NCBI GenBank assembly: GCA_030390025.1
Contig: CM059448.1
Coordinates: forward strand, 7,068,001 to 7,132,000
Reading direction: 5' to 3'
From: Squalus acanthias
Lineage: Eukaryota
DNA length: 64,000 bases
The notes beneath the pieces are model-generated. The model did no database searches. It saw nothing but the letters and a program-made list of their open reading frames with translations, and had not been told where the DNA came from. Both the position numbers and the translations under genes were made by a program. This document shows positions 37,299 to 49,197 of this stretch, piece after piece (the first letter of the stretch is position 1; each line of letters starts with the position of its first letter).

Positions 37299-38549
37299 CA
37301 TTTAGAAAATCATAATACAATCAAGCAGAGTCAACATGGAAATCGTGTTTGACAAATTTGCTGGAGTTCTTTGAGGATGTAACAAGCAGGGTGGATAAAG
37401 GGGAACCAGTAGAGGTGGTGTATTTGGATTTCCAGAAGGCATTCGATAAGGTGCCACATAAAAGGTTACTGCACAAGATAAGAGCACACGGGGTTGATGG
37501 GTAATATATTAGCATGGATAGAGGATTGGCTAACTAACAGAAAACAGAGAGTCAGGATAAATGGGTAATTTTCAGGTTGGCAATCAGTAACTAGTGGGAT
37601 GCCACAAGGATCAGTGCTGGGGCCTCAACTATTTACAATCTATATTAATGACTTGGATGAAGGGACCGAGTGAACTGTTGCCAAATTTGACGATACAAAG
37701 ATAGGTGGGAAAGCAAGTTGTGAGGAGGACACAAAGAGTCTGCAAAGGGATATAGACAGGTTAAGTGAGTGGGCAAAAATTTGGCAGATGGAGTATAATG
37801 TGGGAAAATGTGAGGTTATCCACTTCGGTAGGAAGAATAAAAAAGCAAAATATTGTTTAAATGGAGACTACAGAATGCTGCGGTACAGAGGGATCTGGGG
37901 GTCCTCATACATGAAACACAAAAAGTTAGCATGCAGGTACAGCAAGTAATTAGGAAGGCAAATGGAATGTTGGCCTTTATTGCATGGGGGCTGGAGTATA
38001 AAAGCAGGGATGTCCTGCTACAACTGTACAGGGTATTGGTGAGACCACACCTGGAGTACTGCGTACAGTTTTGGTCTCCTTATTTAAGGAGGGATATACT
38101 TGCATTGGAGGCAGTTCAGAGAAGGTTCACTAGGTTGATTCTGGAGATGAAGGGGTTGTCTTATGAGGAAAGGTTGAGCAGGTTGGGCCTATACTCATTA
38201 GAGTTTAGAAGAATGAGAGGTGATCTAATTGAAACATAAGATTCTGAGGGGGCTTGACAGGGTAGATGCCGAGAGGATGTTTTCCCTCGTGGGGGAATCT
38301 AGAACTAGGGGGCATAGTTTCAGAATAAGGGGTCGCCCATTTAAAACGGAGATGAGGAGGAATTTCTTCTCTCAGAGGATTGTGAATCTTTGGAATGCTC
38401 TACGCCAGAGAGCTGTGGAGGCGGAGTCATTGAATATATTCAAGACGGAGATAGACAGATTTTTGAACGATAAGGGAGTCAAGGGTTATGGGGAACGGGC
38501 AGGAAAGTGGAGTTGAGGCCAAGATCAGATCAGCCATGATCTTATTGAA
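37299..38549 (+). mobile_element. CR1 LINE, ~1.25 kb, with disrupted reverse transcriptase domain
   Basis: Reads [50 protein letters not shown], then ORFs 37853 and 38229 and tail; frameshifts and stops present. Confidence 0.96.
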
Positions 38550-39851
38550 TGGCGGAGCAGGCTCGAGGGGCCAAATGTCCTACTCCTGCTCCTGATTCTT
38601 ATGTTCTTAAGACTCGCCCCGCCCTTCCCATGGGAACATGGTTGCTTCTTTCTACTTCGCTCCTCCTGCACTAGGACGCAGCTAAACCTGGTGAAATTAT
38701 CCAATAGAGAGCCATGGGGATAAACCCTGGTCACAATGCGAGTCACAGCTGCAGTTCAGTGCACTACTACTCTCTCCGTGAGGAACTTAACCACCATTCC
38801 AGATATACAGGAAAGAGGTGACTGGGAGTGGAGTGCGAGGCTGCAACACCCTCCAGGGCATTGGGTGGCGTCACAAAGAGCAAGACCGGTCGACGAGCAA
38901 CTTCCAAAACGCCACGGGTAGGTTACACCCTTAGGCGCAGCAGTAAACACGCGCAGCCTTTGTGCTGATGATGGGCAGGGAGTGACCGGTAGCTGGAACA
39001 CTTCCGACGCGTGCACCCTCCATTACTGAACTCTCCGTTTCCAAGTTTTCCCGCTACGAGATCTGGTCTCTGTTATCCAGGCTTCCATTCCTGCCAGGAA
39101 GACTTATGTTGTAGGGAGTTCCCGTCACGTGGAAGGACTATCCCTCCTCCCGTCTCTTGTGAAAGTGCTCGCCTGCTATTGGGGTGCGGTTCCGGGTTTG
39201 CTCACCCAAGTGGTCATTCTCCGAGTGTGTGGGGGGGGGGGGGGGCTTATTCTAGCGGGGGAAACGAGGGGGAGGGGGCAATCACAGCCCAGCCCAAACA
39301 CCCACAAGTGCTTTACAGCAAGGGGCCTGGGTGATGATCCGAAGTGATTATAGGGAGACGCTTTCATTGGGATCGGAACAGAGTCATCAAAGCGGCAGCA
39401 GCCGGGGAGTCGGTCCCTGCAGAATGATCTATTTGGCGTCAGGGTTCGGGGGCACCTCAATGTATTACACACAAAAATAAACTTATCCACAGGAAGCAAA
39501 CACTTTGTTCTTCAGACTGCAAAAACATAAATCACTTCTGAAAGAGGAAACGTCTCCTTTTTGCCCTCGGGCTTCAGAAACAAACTCACAACAACGTAAA
39601 ATTAGTCCTGATCCTTTACATCTCGGGAGCAGGTTTAATATGTCTCTGGCGGCGGGTTTAGTGCTGGCGGCCATGACAAGTGGCCAGCAACACCAACATT
39701 ACCGTGACAGATTTGTTAAGGCTGACAGTGTCAGTACAGGTGCTGTTAAAAAACTGTACACACGGCCAGTACAAGTACTGTAAAAGCTGTATGTACAGTG
39801 TCGGGTGGAGGTACTGTAATAGTATGTGTGCAGTCTACAGGTACTGTGCAG

Positions 39852-40312
39852 TGTCAGCCGTGGCTCAGTGGGCAGCACTCTCGCCTCTGAGTCGGAAGGT
39901 CGTGGGCTCGAGTCCCACTCCAGAGACTTGAGCACAAAATCCAGGCTAACACTCCCAGTGCAGTGCTGAGGGAGCGCTGCACTGTCGGAGGCGCCGTCTT
40001 TCAGATGAGACGTTAAACCGAGGCCCCGCCTGCTCTCTCAGGTGGACGTAAAAGATCCCATGGCCACTATTTCGAAGAAGAGCAGGGGAGTTCTCCCCGG
40101 TGTCCTGGGCCAATATTCATCCCTCAGTCAACATCACTCAAACAGATTATCTGGTCTTTATCACGTTGGGAGCTTGCTGTGCGCAAATTGGCTGCCGCGT
40201 TTCCCTACATTACAACAGTGACTACACTTCAAAAGTACCTCATTGGCTGTAAAGCACTTTGGGATGTCCTGAGGTTGTGAAAGACGCTGTATAAATGCAA
40301 GTCTTTCTTTCT
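39852..40312 (+). mobile_element. Deu-SINE (SacSINE1-like), essentially full length
   Basis: A-box TGGCTCAGTGG, B-box GGCTCGAGTCC, Deu core, L2-like tail and TCTT repeats. Confidence 0.93.
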
Positions 40313-40440
40313 GTAATCGTCTTGAAAGGGGTGAGTGGGATCTGCCTTCCACAAGTGAGCACGACATACAGGCCTGGTTCAAGGACTGATTCAGCCCTAT
40401 GCACAACTTGAAATTGAGCGCCGCTGTGTTCTACTGGCTT

Positions 40441-40899
40441 CATAGAGTCATAGAGTCATACAGCACAGAAAGAGGCCCTTCGGCCCATCGTGTCCGCGCC
40501 GGCCATCAAGCCCTATCTATTCTAATCCCATTTTCCAGCACTTGGTCCGTAGCCTTGTATGCTATGGCGTTTCAAATGCTCATCTAAATACTTCTTGAAT
40601 GTTGTGAGGGTTCCTGCCTCTACCACCCTTTCAGGCAGTGAGTTCCAGATTCCAACCACCCTCTGGGTAAAAAAGTTTTCCCTCAAATCCCCTCTAAACC
40701 TCCTGCCCCTTACCTTAAAACTATGCCCCCTGGTTAATGACCCCTCTACTAAGGGGAAAAGTTCCTTTCTATCTACCCTATCTATGCCCCTCATAATTTT
40801 GTACACCTCAATCAGGTCCCCCCCTCAGCCTTCTCTGCTCGAAGGAAAACAACCCCAGCCTGTCCAGTCTTTCTTCATAGCTGAAGCGCTGCAGTCCTG
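40441..40899 (-). mobile_element. CR1 LINE 3' fragment
   Basis: ORF 40522 YKIMRGIDRVDRKELFP..FFTQRVVGIWNSLP; tail repeats CATAGAGT. Confidence 0.92.
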
Positions 40900-41249
40900 G
40901 TCAAACCGTGGGCCCAGAACAAGGTGCCAAAGTGAAGGTTGATTGTACAGGCGAGTAAGTTAGTAGCACAGGAGGGACAGATTCTCCGCGTCATGGGAGC
41001 CGGGGATGGCTGGCAAAATCGTCCCGATCTATTTTAATAACTTCTAAAGTCACCAAGAAGCCATTTTGTTTGTACGGAGATGTGTGCAATCACTATTAGC
41101 TTCCCTCTGTTACAATCTGTGTTTGAAGATTTAGAAGATCAGAAATACGAATGCAAAAGAAATTGCCCAAGGCATGGTTGGGGCGGGGCGTCCTAGGCTT
41201 GACCGATCTTGAGCAGAATAGCCGCAAACCCACCGCCCTTCCCCACACC

Positions 41250-41866
41250 CACGCAACAGCACTGCCGCTCCACCCCCCCCCGTGCAACAGCACTGCACCC
41301 CCCCGTGCAACAGCACTGCAGCTCCACCCCCCGTGCAACAGCACTGCAGCCCCCGCCCCCGCAACAGCACTGCAGCTCCACCCCCCCGTGCAACAGCAGT
41401 GCAGCCCCCCCTGCAACAGCAGTGCAGCCCACCCCCTGCAACAGCACTGCAGCCCCCCCCGTGCAACAGCACTGCAGCCCCCCCCCCCGTGCAACAGCAC
41501 TGCAGCCCCCCGTGCAACAGCACTGCAGCCCCCCCCGTGCAACAGCACTGCAGCCCCCCCCGTGCAACAGCACTGCAGCCCCCCCCCCCGTGCAACAGCA
41601 CTGCAGCCCCCCCCCGTGCAACAGCACTGCAGCCCCCCCCCGTGCTGCAACAGCACTGCAGCCCCCCCCGTGCAACAGCACTGCAGCCCCCCCCCCGTGC
41701 AACAGCAGTGCAGCCCCCCCCCCGTGCAACAGCACTGCAGCCCCCCCCATGCAACAGCACTGCAGCCCCCCCCCGTGCAACAGCACTGCAGCCCCCCCCT
41801 CCGTGCAACAGCACTGCAGTCCCCCCCCCCCCCACCCCACCCACCATGCAACAGCACTGCAGCCCC
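41250..41866. repeat. Minisatellite GTGCAACAGCACTGCAG + variable C-run, ~25 copies
   Basis: Directly visible tandem array. Confidence 0.96.
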
Positions 41867-42319
41867 CAAACCCAGGATCATCGCCGCTTTCTGCCTCACT
41901 CATTCATATCCAGAAAAAAAAAGTCAGCCTCCCACACACCAGCAAAACTGAAATGTATCCAAATATAAAACAAACAATAAGTGACCTTCAGAGAGTCACA
42001 TGGCTTTGGATGCACTGACTGGCCTCCCCTGTACTGGTGTTTCTGTGAATGAAAACTCAAAAACCATTCAGCAACTGCTCCAGTCAACTTTTAACACGAG
42101 ATCATGAGAAACGTGGGCGAATCTCCCCCAAGCAATGACCCCTCATTTTTTTTTTTTGGGAGTGCGGCCCCTTTACCAGCCCTACCCAGGCTGCCCGGAG
42201 TGACTGGCCCGAATTGGCTCCAAGGGCCCGTGGTTTAACCGCTGTACTTATGTACCTGTATACTGTACCCCAACACCAAGTGCTAAAGACAGAAGAAAGA
42301 AAACCTGCCTTTATATAAG

Positions 42320-42424
42320 AAAAGAAAGGGCTCGCATTTCTAAAGCGCCTTTCACAACCTCGGGTTGTCCCAAAACGCTTTACAGCCAATGAAGTACTTT
42401 TGAAGTGTGGTCACTGTTGTAATA
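42320..42424 (-). mobile_element. Deu-SINE tail fragment
   Basis: Reverse-complement tail. Confidence 0.8.
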
Positions 42425-42494
42425 GACCTCAGCCTGTCTGGCAAAAGGTGGGAAGTGGTGCTGCACAGGGCGGTGCAGGGACCACTGTTGATCA

Positions 42495-42902
42495 CCAGTC
42501 ACAACAATGATTTGGACAAGGAATCGGAATTTGCAGTTGACACCAATTTGGGGGTTGGGGTGGGGGGGGGGGCGGTTTGAAGGAAGACTGCGACAAAAGA
42601 CGACGACATTAACAATGTTCCCCGTAATGTTTTTTTTTTGGGCGCGCGGCCCATTCACAGTTTCGCGCACGCACAGACTTTAACACCGCGAACACCGGTC
42701 CCGGGCTGCGCAGGACCCGCAGAGAGCTCCGCAGCCTTTCGGGAACGTTGGGGCATTAATAAACTTGCAGAATTGGCGTGTAATTGGCAAATGAGATAAG
42801 TGTGAGGTGGTGCATTTTGGTAGTAAGAATATGAAGGCCACATCCTGCTTGGAAAATAAGAGTCTAAAAATGGGGCAGAGGAGGCAAAGAGGGAGCTAGG
42901 GG
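42495..42902 (+). mobile_element. Degraded CR1 RT fragment, interrupted by a MITE
   Basis: NDLD..FA.DT.LG..INKLAE..CNWQM..KCEVVHFG..LENKSL..RELG. Confidence 0.7.
42613..42750. mobile_element. hAT-like MITE
   Basis: TIRs CAATGTTCCC / GGGAACGTTG; flanks GACATTAA / GGCATTAA (8 bp-like TSD, 1 nt offset). Confidence 0.65.
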
Positions 42903-42907
42903 AAAAA

Positions 42908-43298
42908 GCAGAAAAAGTTTCTCTATCCACCCCATCAATTCCTTTCAAAATCCTGAAAACCTCAATCAAATCACCCCCTTAATCTTCTCTATTTCAGGGA
43001 ATACAAGCCTAGTTTATGTAATCTCTCCTCATAATCCAATCCTTGGAGCCCTGGTAACATTCTGGTGAATCTGCGCTGCCCTCCTTCCAAGGCCAATATA
43101 TCCTTTCTAAGGTGTGGTGCCCAGAACTGCACACAGTGCTCCAGCTGTGGTCTAACCAGGGCTTTGTAAAGCTGTAGCAAAACGTCCTCCCCTTTTATAT
43201 TCTGGCCCTCTAGTTATAGTTATAAAAGCTAACACTCCATTAGCCAACTTGATTATTTTTTTTGTGCCTGACCACTACGTTTTAGTGATCTGTGCCTA
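42908..43298 (-). mobile_element. CR1 fragment in inverted orientation
   Basis: ORF 42989 LQLYKALVRPQLEHCVQFWAPHLRKDILALE; IEVFRILKGIDGVDRETF. Confidence 0.9.
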
Positions 43299-44649
43299 CA
43301 CTGTACTTACGGATAAGCACACCACTTTATGACTTGTGTGCTCAGCCGGCTTGATGTGTGTTCACTGTGACCAAGATTGCGAGTCAATCTTCCTTCCCCT
43401 TTCCTGCCACCACCCAACCTGGCTCAGCGAGCTCCTTCACCCATGAGATGGCCACGCCTAGCAGTCCAGTCAGGGGGGCTGGTGAAACTTCCAAGCGCTC
43501 GCAGCCGGCTGATTGCACTGTCAAGAAGACAGCCCTCGGTGGAGCCCGAGTTAGAATCAGCGTGACAGAAAATCTGCTCTAAAAATTCAATTGAATCTCC
43601 CTTTAATGAACCGAGCGGCCTTAACTACAGGTGTCACAGCGTCCAAAAAGGTAACGCGTTGTCTCACCCACCGTCTCCTGGACAGTGACTGAAGAGCTCT
43701 CAGAAAGCACTGGAGAGGTTTCACCGACAGTCACTGTAGTCTTGGGGAGTAGCTTTTGTGCAAATGAGAGAAGAGAAACGGAGGAAGGAGGAAAGAGTCA
43801 ATGGGGGGGGTGGGGGGGAAATGGAACTTTACAGAAGGCACCTTGAACTAAAAAGCTGACTTAATGCCAAGATTCTAATCTGTCGTGAAAGGTATTATCC
43901 CCTTCAGGTTTACAGTAGCACCTCTGTTACACAGTATCCGAGTCAAGGTTAGCTGAAACTCTCCTTTTTACTTGTGATGTTGTATAAAATGACAGAAGTG
44001 GATTTTTTTTTTTCTCCCCAGTCTTTCATTCTCTTCAGCACATTATCAGATGTTCTCTCTCTCAATCCCTTCCTTCCCCAGCCGTCAAAGTGAGCAGCGT
44101 GTCTTTGAATGGACAAAACGTCAGCTTATCTCAATGCCATATTGATCCAATAAACAGCCAAAAGTATTTCTTGGCTGCTCAGTTCTCTTTTAATGGATTG
44201 CGAGCTGCCCCTCTCCCAAAATGCCTTTCAGCTGCCGAGAGCTCATTTGAATTGATTTTTTTTTTAAAAAAGACACACACGCGCGCATCTGCGCGTCTCT
44301 CGGTCGGCTTGCGGAGCGCAGGCCTGCCGAGGTCTCGCTGCTCCTGGGCACGGTGCAAGAAAAGGCATCTCACCTGAACCTTCTCTTTCCTCTGGTCTCC
44401 AACCCCTCTCCCCTCGCCGTCCTCCTCTGAGATTTTTATTTTTAATTCGCGCTACTGTTACGAGGCGCCGTTTCGCTGAACTTTCTTCTCTTGCTCCAAG
44501 TGCATCGTCCTGCCTGCCTGCTCTTCCCTCCTCATGATCCAGGGCACCCTTCACCACTCCAGCTAATTCTTAACCGGCACTCGATGGGGGGGGGGGGGGG
44601 GGGGGGGGGCTGCCCACTTTGTACTCGTGTCTCCTTTTTTTAAATTATT

Positions 44650-44902
44650 ATTATTCGTTCATGGGACGTGGGCGTCGCTGGCAAGGTCAGCATCTATTGC
44701 CCATCCCTGGAGAAGGTGGCGGTGGTTACCGCCGAGTGGCTTGCTGGGCCATTTCAGAGGGGCAATCAAGAGTCAACCACATTGCTGCGGGTCTGGAGTC
44801 ACATATAGGCCAGACCGGGTAAAGGCAGCAGATTTCCTTCCCTCCCTAAAAGGGCATTAGCGAACCAGATGGGTTTTTGCGACAATCCGATAGTTTCACG
44901 GT
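44650..44902 (-). mobile_element. Second SINE family, 3' part with LINE-shared tail
   Basis: Tail matches the 62707/25540 LINE tail, but the body is unrelated and overlaps the 20636 element. Confidence 0.65.
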
Positions 44903-44978
44903 TTTGAACTAAAATATGAGTGAATTATTGAACATATATATGCTTCAACCTTTACTCCTTCCTACAATCTTAAACCCT

Positions 44979-45174
44979 GGGGTAGAAATTCCTCTCGGGG
45001 GGGGGGGCGGTGGCACAAAGCGGGCGGTAACCGATTGGTTGCCCATTACACACAGCGCCTGAAATTCAGTTCCATTGCAGTCACTGAAAATAAATGCCAG
45101 GTGCTGCGTATAACGGGCGGCCGATCCGATACCGCGCGTTTTGCCCCACCGCCCCCGAGAGGAATTTCTGCCCC
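44979..45174. mobile_element. Foldback MITE (possibly PIF/Harbinger-derived)
   Basis: ~80 bp imperfect TIRs GGGGTAGAAATTCCTCTCGGGGG / CCCCCGAGAGGAATTTCTGCCCC; no clear TSD. Confidence 0.7.
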
Positions 45175-45404
45175 AATTCTGTTTTATCGCCTCTTCTTTC
45201 CAACTGCGAGTGGCCTGGGTTGACCCGTTCTTCAAGTTTCCCCGTCCACCTTGTGAAAGGGCAGGCCCCGTCTTCCACTCGGGATTTCTTCCCTCTCTTC
45301 CACCACCCCCACCCCCTCCACCTTCGTCTTAGCCAGCCACGCATCCCAAAACTGAAAATGCTGCCCTGTGAGGAAATTGGGGGATGGGAATAATCCTCCC
45401 TGGT

Positions 45405-45531
45405 CATAAGAACATCAGAAATAGGAGCAGGAGTCGGACATTCGGCCCCACCGAGCCTGCCCCGCCATTCAACAAGATCATGGCTAATCATCTACCTCAA
45501 CTCCACCTTCCCGCACTGTCCCCATATCCCT
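45405..45531 (-). mobile_element. CR1 tail fragment
   Basis: CATAAGAACATCAGAAATAGGAGCAGGAGT.. Confidence 0.85.
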
Positions 45532-46134
45532 GGGAGGTCGCTGCCAATTGGTGGCAGAATGCAACACACCGCACTGACCGACAGCCTGAGGGCCCCTTCA
45601 TTACGTAAGCATACAGAATTAGTCAAAAGTACCTTGGACCTCAAGTCAGTGACACCCCACACAAAACGTCGACCTTGTGATCAATTATTTAAACCAGAGA
45701 GACAGCAGGAAAGGTAAAACTGCTCTTGCAGCGTGAAAAATGGCTGCTCTCGGATAATAACCCGGTGAAATCACCTCACAAGATATATTTATTAGCATCT
45801 TGTAGACGACATTTACCAGGTCTGGGGGGGGGGGGGAAATTAATATTATTGCGCATTTTTACAGTGAACCCTGAGGTAACTAAGGAACTACACAAAAATA
45901 AATCTCAGTGAGTGCACTCGTACATAATTTATTTTCTATGCTTAATTATGTGGAGCCTGGGGATAAGGAAGAAGCACTTTGAGACAAGTTTAGACATGTG
46001 CTGTTTTGTCTGAAAGCCAAACCATCCGTGTGAGCTTCTCCAATTCAAAATAAACCCCCCCGCCGACTTAAAAAAAATAAATCACGGTTAAGAATACGCA
46101 CAACAAAATTAAAAGAAGTAGCGCGGTTCCCAGC

Positions 46135-46515
46135 TTCCCCCGAAGCTCAGTGGGTTAAACCTACCACACGGAGAAGCACCGGGGCCCTACAGATCTGGAG
46201 AGGCCCAGTTCCGATCCCTGCTCTGTGCTGGGATAGCTCACCTCGGTTGCGGGCAATGGTGGGCAGGCTTTAACTGGCCTCGGCGGTTTCTTCCATCCTT
46301 GGCTAAGGTGAAGGGCTGTAACTCAACGAATCAGAGATCCCACTCCTGATCCAGTGACCCCCCCCCCCCCCCACGTTGGAAAGTGCCCAAGTGTGGACGA
46401 TGGCCAGGTACAGGATGAAATTCGGCTGTGATGCCCCATCTGGTCGAATAGTACCCCCCGACACTCACTACCCAGGCTCCCACGTGAAGATGGGTGGAGT
46501 ACCTGTCGGTGCTGA
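46135..46515 (+). mobile_element. Old diverged SINE-like family, longest copy
   Basis: tRNA-like head GCTCAGTGGGTTAA..GTTCCGATCCC, TCTGTGCTG, CTCCTGATCCAGTGACCC, GGTCGAATAG. Confidence 0.6.
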
Positions 46516-46516
46516 T

Positions 46517-46800
46517 NNNNNNNNNNNNNNNNNNNNNNNNNNNNNNNNNNNNNNNNNNNNNNNNNNNNNNNNNNNNNNNNNNNNNNNNNNNNNNNNNNNN
46601 NNNNNNNNNNNNNNNNNNNNNNNNNNNNNNNNNNNNNNNNNNNNNNNNNNNNNNNNNNNNNNNNNNNNNNNNNNNNNNNNNNNNNNNNNNNNNNNNNNNN
46701 NNNNNNNNNNNNNNNNNNNNNNNNNNNNNNNNNNNNNNNNNNNNNNNNNNNNNNNNNNNNNNNNNNNNNNNNNNNNNNNNNNNNNNNNNNNNNNNNNNNN
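46517..46800. other. Assembly gap (284 N)
   Basis: Run of N. Confidence 1.
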
Positions 46801-47222
46801 ATATATTGCCTATCACAACCTCAGGACAGCCCAAAGCGCTTTACTGACAATTAAGTCCTTTTTTTTTTAAGTGTAGTCACTGTTGTAATGTAGGAAACGC
46901 AACAGCCAATTTGCGCACAGCAAGCTCCCACAAACAGCACTGTGATAATGACCAGATAATCTGTTTTTGTAATGTTGGTTGAGGGATAAACATTAGCCAG
47001 GACACCGAGGGAAACTCCACTGCTGTTCTTCGAAATAGTGGCCGTGGGATCTTTTACATCCACCCGAGAGAGCAGACGGGGGCCTCGGTTTAACGTCTCA
47101 TCCGAAAGACGGCACCTCCGACAATGCAGCTCTCCCTCAGCACTGCACTGGGAGAGTCAGCCTGGATTTTTGTGCTCGAGTCTCTGGAGTGGGGGCTTGA
47201 ACCCACGACCTTCCGACTCAGG
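46801..47222 (-). mobile_element. Deu-SINE
   Basis: Reverse complement of head, Deu core and tail. Confidence 0.9.
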
Positions 47223-47751
47223 ATCAATCAGTGCCTTCGGCAGTGGAGAAGGAGCGAGAAGGGGGCAGCTCAAGGAGTTGGACACATGTGTGACGATGTC
47301 CATGATGGAATTACACCAGAAGAAGCTACCTGAAGGGCTTTAGGACAACTGGATTTGGACGAGTGCAGCCACAATAACATGGCCGCTGGCACAGGACTGC
47401 GAAACTTGTTAAGCACTGGCAGTTGCGAGTTGCTGTATTGTTATGGAGCGCGCACACCAAAACAGCAAAAAAAGGCAATTAAAATACAGACATGGGGGTA
47501 ATTCCAGCGAGGCCGCCCTCCTCCGGAGCGGAGCCTCACTCGATGGAGCACGAGTCAGAGATAGGGCTACAGGCAATGGCAATCTGATCTCCATATTCCA
47601 ACCCGCACAGCCATCAGCAAGGCTCGGATCTGGAAGCGCAGCCTCACTGAACTTTCCCGAATGAGAGAGGGGGATGGAGACAGAGACAAGAGGGAAACAC
47701 AGAAAAGAGGGAGAGCGAGAAAACAGAGAGGTGGAATGTCAGAGACAGAAA

Positions 47752-48060
47752 TCGGGTTGCCAACTCCGATTAGACATATCCCTGGAGTCCCACCATCCCA
47801 CGGCCAATTGGGGACTGAACAGACTGTTACCTGATTGGATGATTCTTGACTGTCAGTCAAACAGCCGTTTCCCCGCCCCCCCCATCTCAAATATTTTTTA
47901 GAACTAATGAATGAAAGTGTTGATAGAAACAGAAAAAACACAATGTTTTTCAATGCCCTTATGATTTTTCTCCCAGTTTGCTCCAGTTGGCCCAGTGTCC
48001 AGGAGATTAATCTTCAATTCCTGGAGATTCCAGGATAGTCCTGGAGGGTCGGCAACGCTA
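47752..48060. mobile_element. hAT (Tip100-like) non-autonomous DNA transposon
   Basis: Imperfect TIRs TCGGGTTGCCAAC / GTCGGCAACGCTA resembling TAGGGTTGCCA termini. Confidence 0.6.
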
Positions 48061-48066
48061 GGGAGA

Positions 48067-48116
<50 letters not shown>

Positions 48117-48325
48117 ACGCGCGAGAAAGAGAGCGCGCGAGAGATAGAGAGCGCGAAAGAGAGGAAGAGAACCATTGAGAGAAACCAGAAAGGGAAAGAA
48201 TGAATGAGAGAGAGAAAAAGAGAAAGGCGAGAAAGGGAGAAACAAACAAAGAAAAAGATCAAGAAATAGTAAGAGAGAGGGGAAGAACAAAAAGGAGAAA
48301 AAGAAAGAGATAGAGCGAAAGAGAA
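48061..48325. repeat. (GA)n microsatellite and purine-rich tract
   Basis: Directly visible. Confidence 0.93.
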
Positions 48326-49197
48326 CCTGAGGTGAGAAACATGCCATCTGCAGAAACCACATTAGAAACAACTACACAGGCAAAGGAGACAGAGGCCTCG
48401 GAACAAAAAAGAAATCTTGGCCTCCGTTCAAGGATGTAACACACTCGAGAGATTTGGATGACGATCAGAAACCCCTGGAGGGTGTGACAGCCTCTGAACA
48501 CACTCCCAGCCAGCTGTTCCTCTCCGTCTTAAACACCCATCAATCAATGATTGCTCTGTGTGTGACCCACTTCCAAACTTCCTGATCCAGGAATGCTGCT
48601 GGTGAGCTATGCTGGGATCTTACCCAGGCAGGGGGGCTGCCCCACTGTAACTCGGCTCCTAACCGTTTAATCGAGTGGGCATGGCCTGCAGGCCTGAGTT
48701 TTTCTGTCAGCAAAGCTATTCACAAACATCCCAATCGCTTGTTGTTTGTTTTGAAGCTTATTACAGGAGCCAGTGTATGCTTAACGTTTTGATAAGGCTT
48801 TCCGCCAACAAACTCACCCCCCCCCCCCCCCCCACCCACCACCATCCCCTTACCCCACCCCCCTACCAAAAGAGGCCCATTTACAGCAAGGTCTGACTGA
48901 CCACTGTTCTGGCAACGGTCTGCCCTCCTGTACATGTTCGTGACGACACAGGGCACTTTTCTTTTCGAACGCTCAGCTCTCTCGCCGCCGGCTGCATTTC
49001 AAAAAACATAAACTGGCAGACTTGTCCAGCGGTGGCAGAGAACCCCTCCCCCGCCCCCGCCCTCCCACCACCCCCAAAACCCCCACCTTATTATCTGTTT
49101 AGTAGGTTTTCGTGAGCTGCCAGGAGACTGGGACAATGCCACACTCCCAAAAACGGAACCTGCAAAGACTACGGGGCTAGAAAGTGACAATAGTGGA

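Noticed and set aside
39725-39850. Degenerate ~35 bp repeat
   Set aside because: Only 3-4 highly diverged units; too weak to interpret
39852-39925. tRNA gene
   Set aside because: tRNA-derived SINE head continuing into the Deu body; same for the other SINE heads
41096-42018. Six overlapping 228-269 aa ORFs (Cys/Gly-rich, keratin-associated-like) or a CRISPR array
   Set aside because: All frames are open because the repeat lacks stops; spacers are only C-runs
46331-46870. ORFs spanning X residues
   Set aside because: Artefacts of the N gap
47904-48371. Hydrophobic 155 aa membrane-protein-like ORF
   Set aside because: Translation of (TC)n and pyrimidine low-complexity sequence
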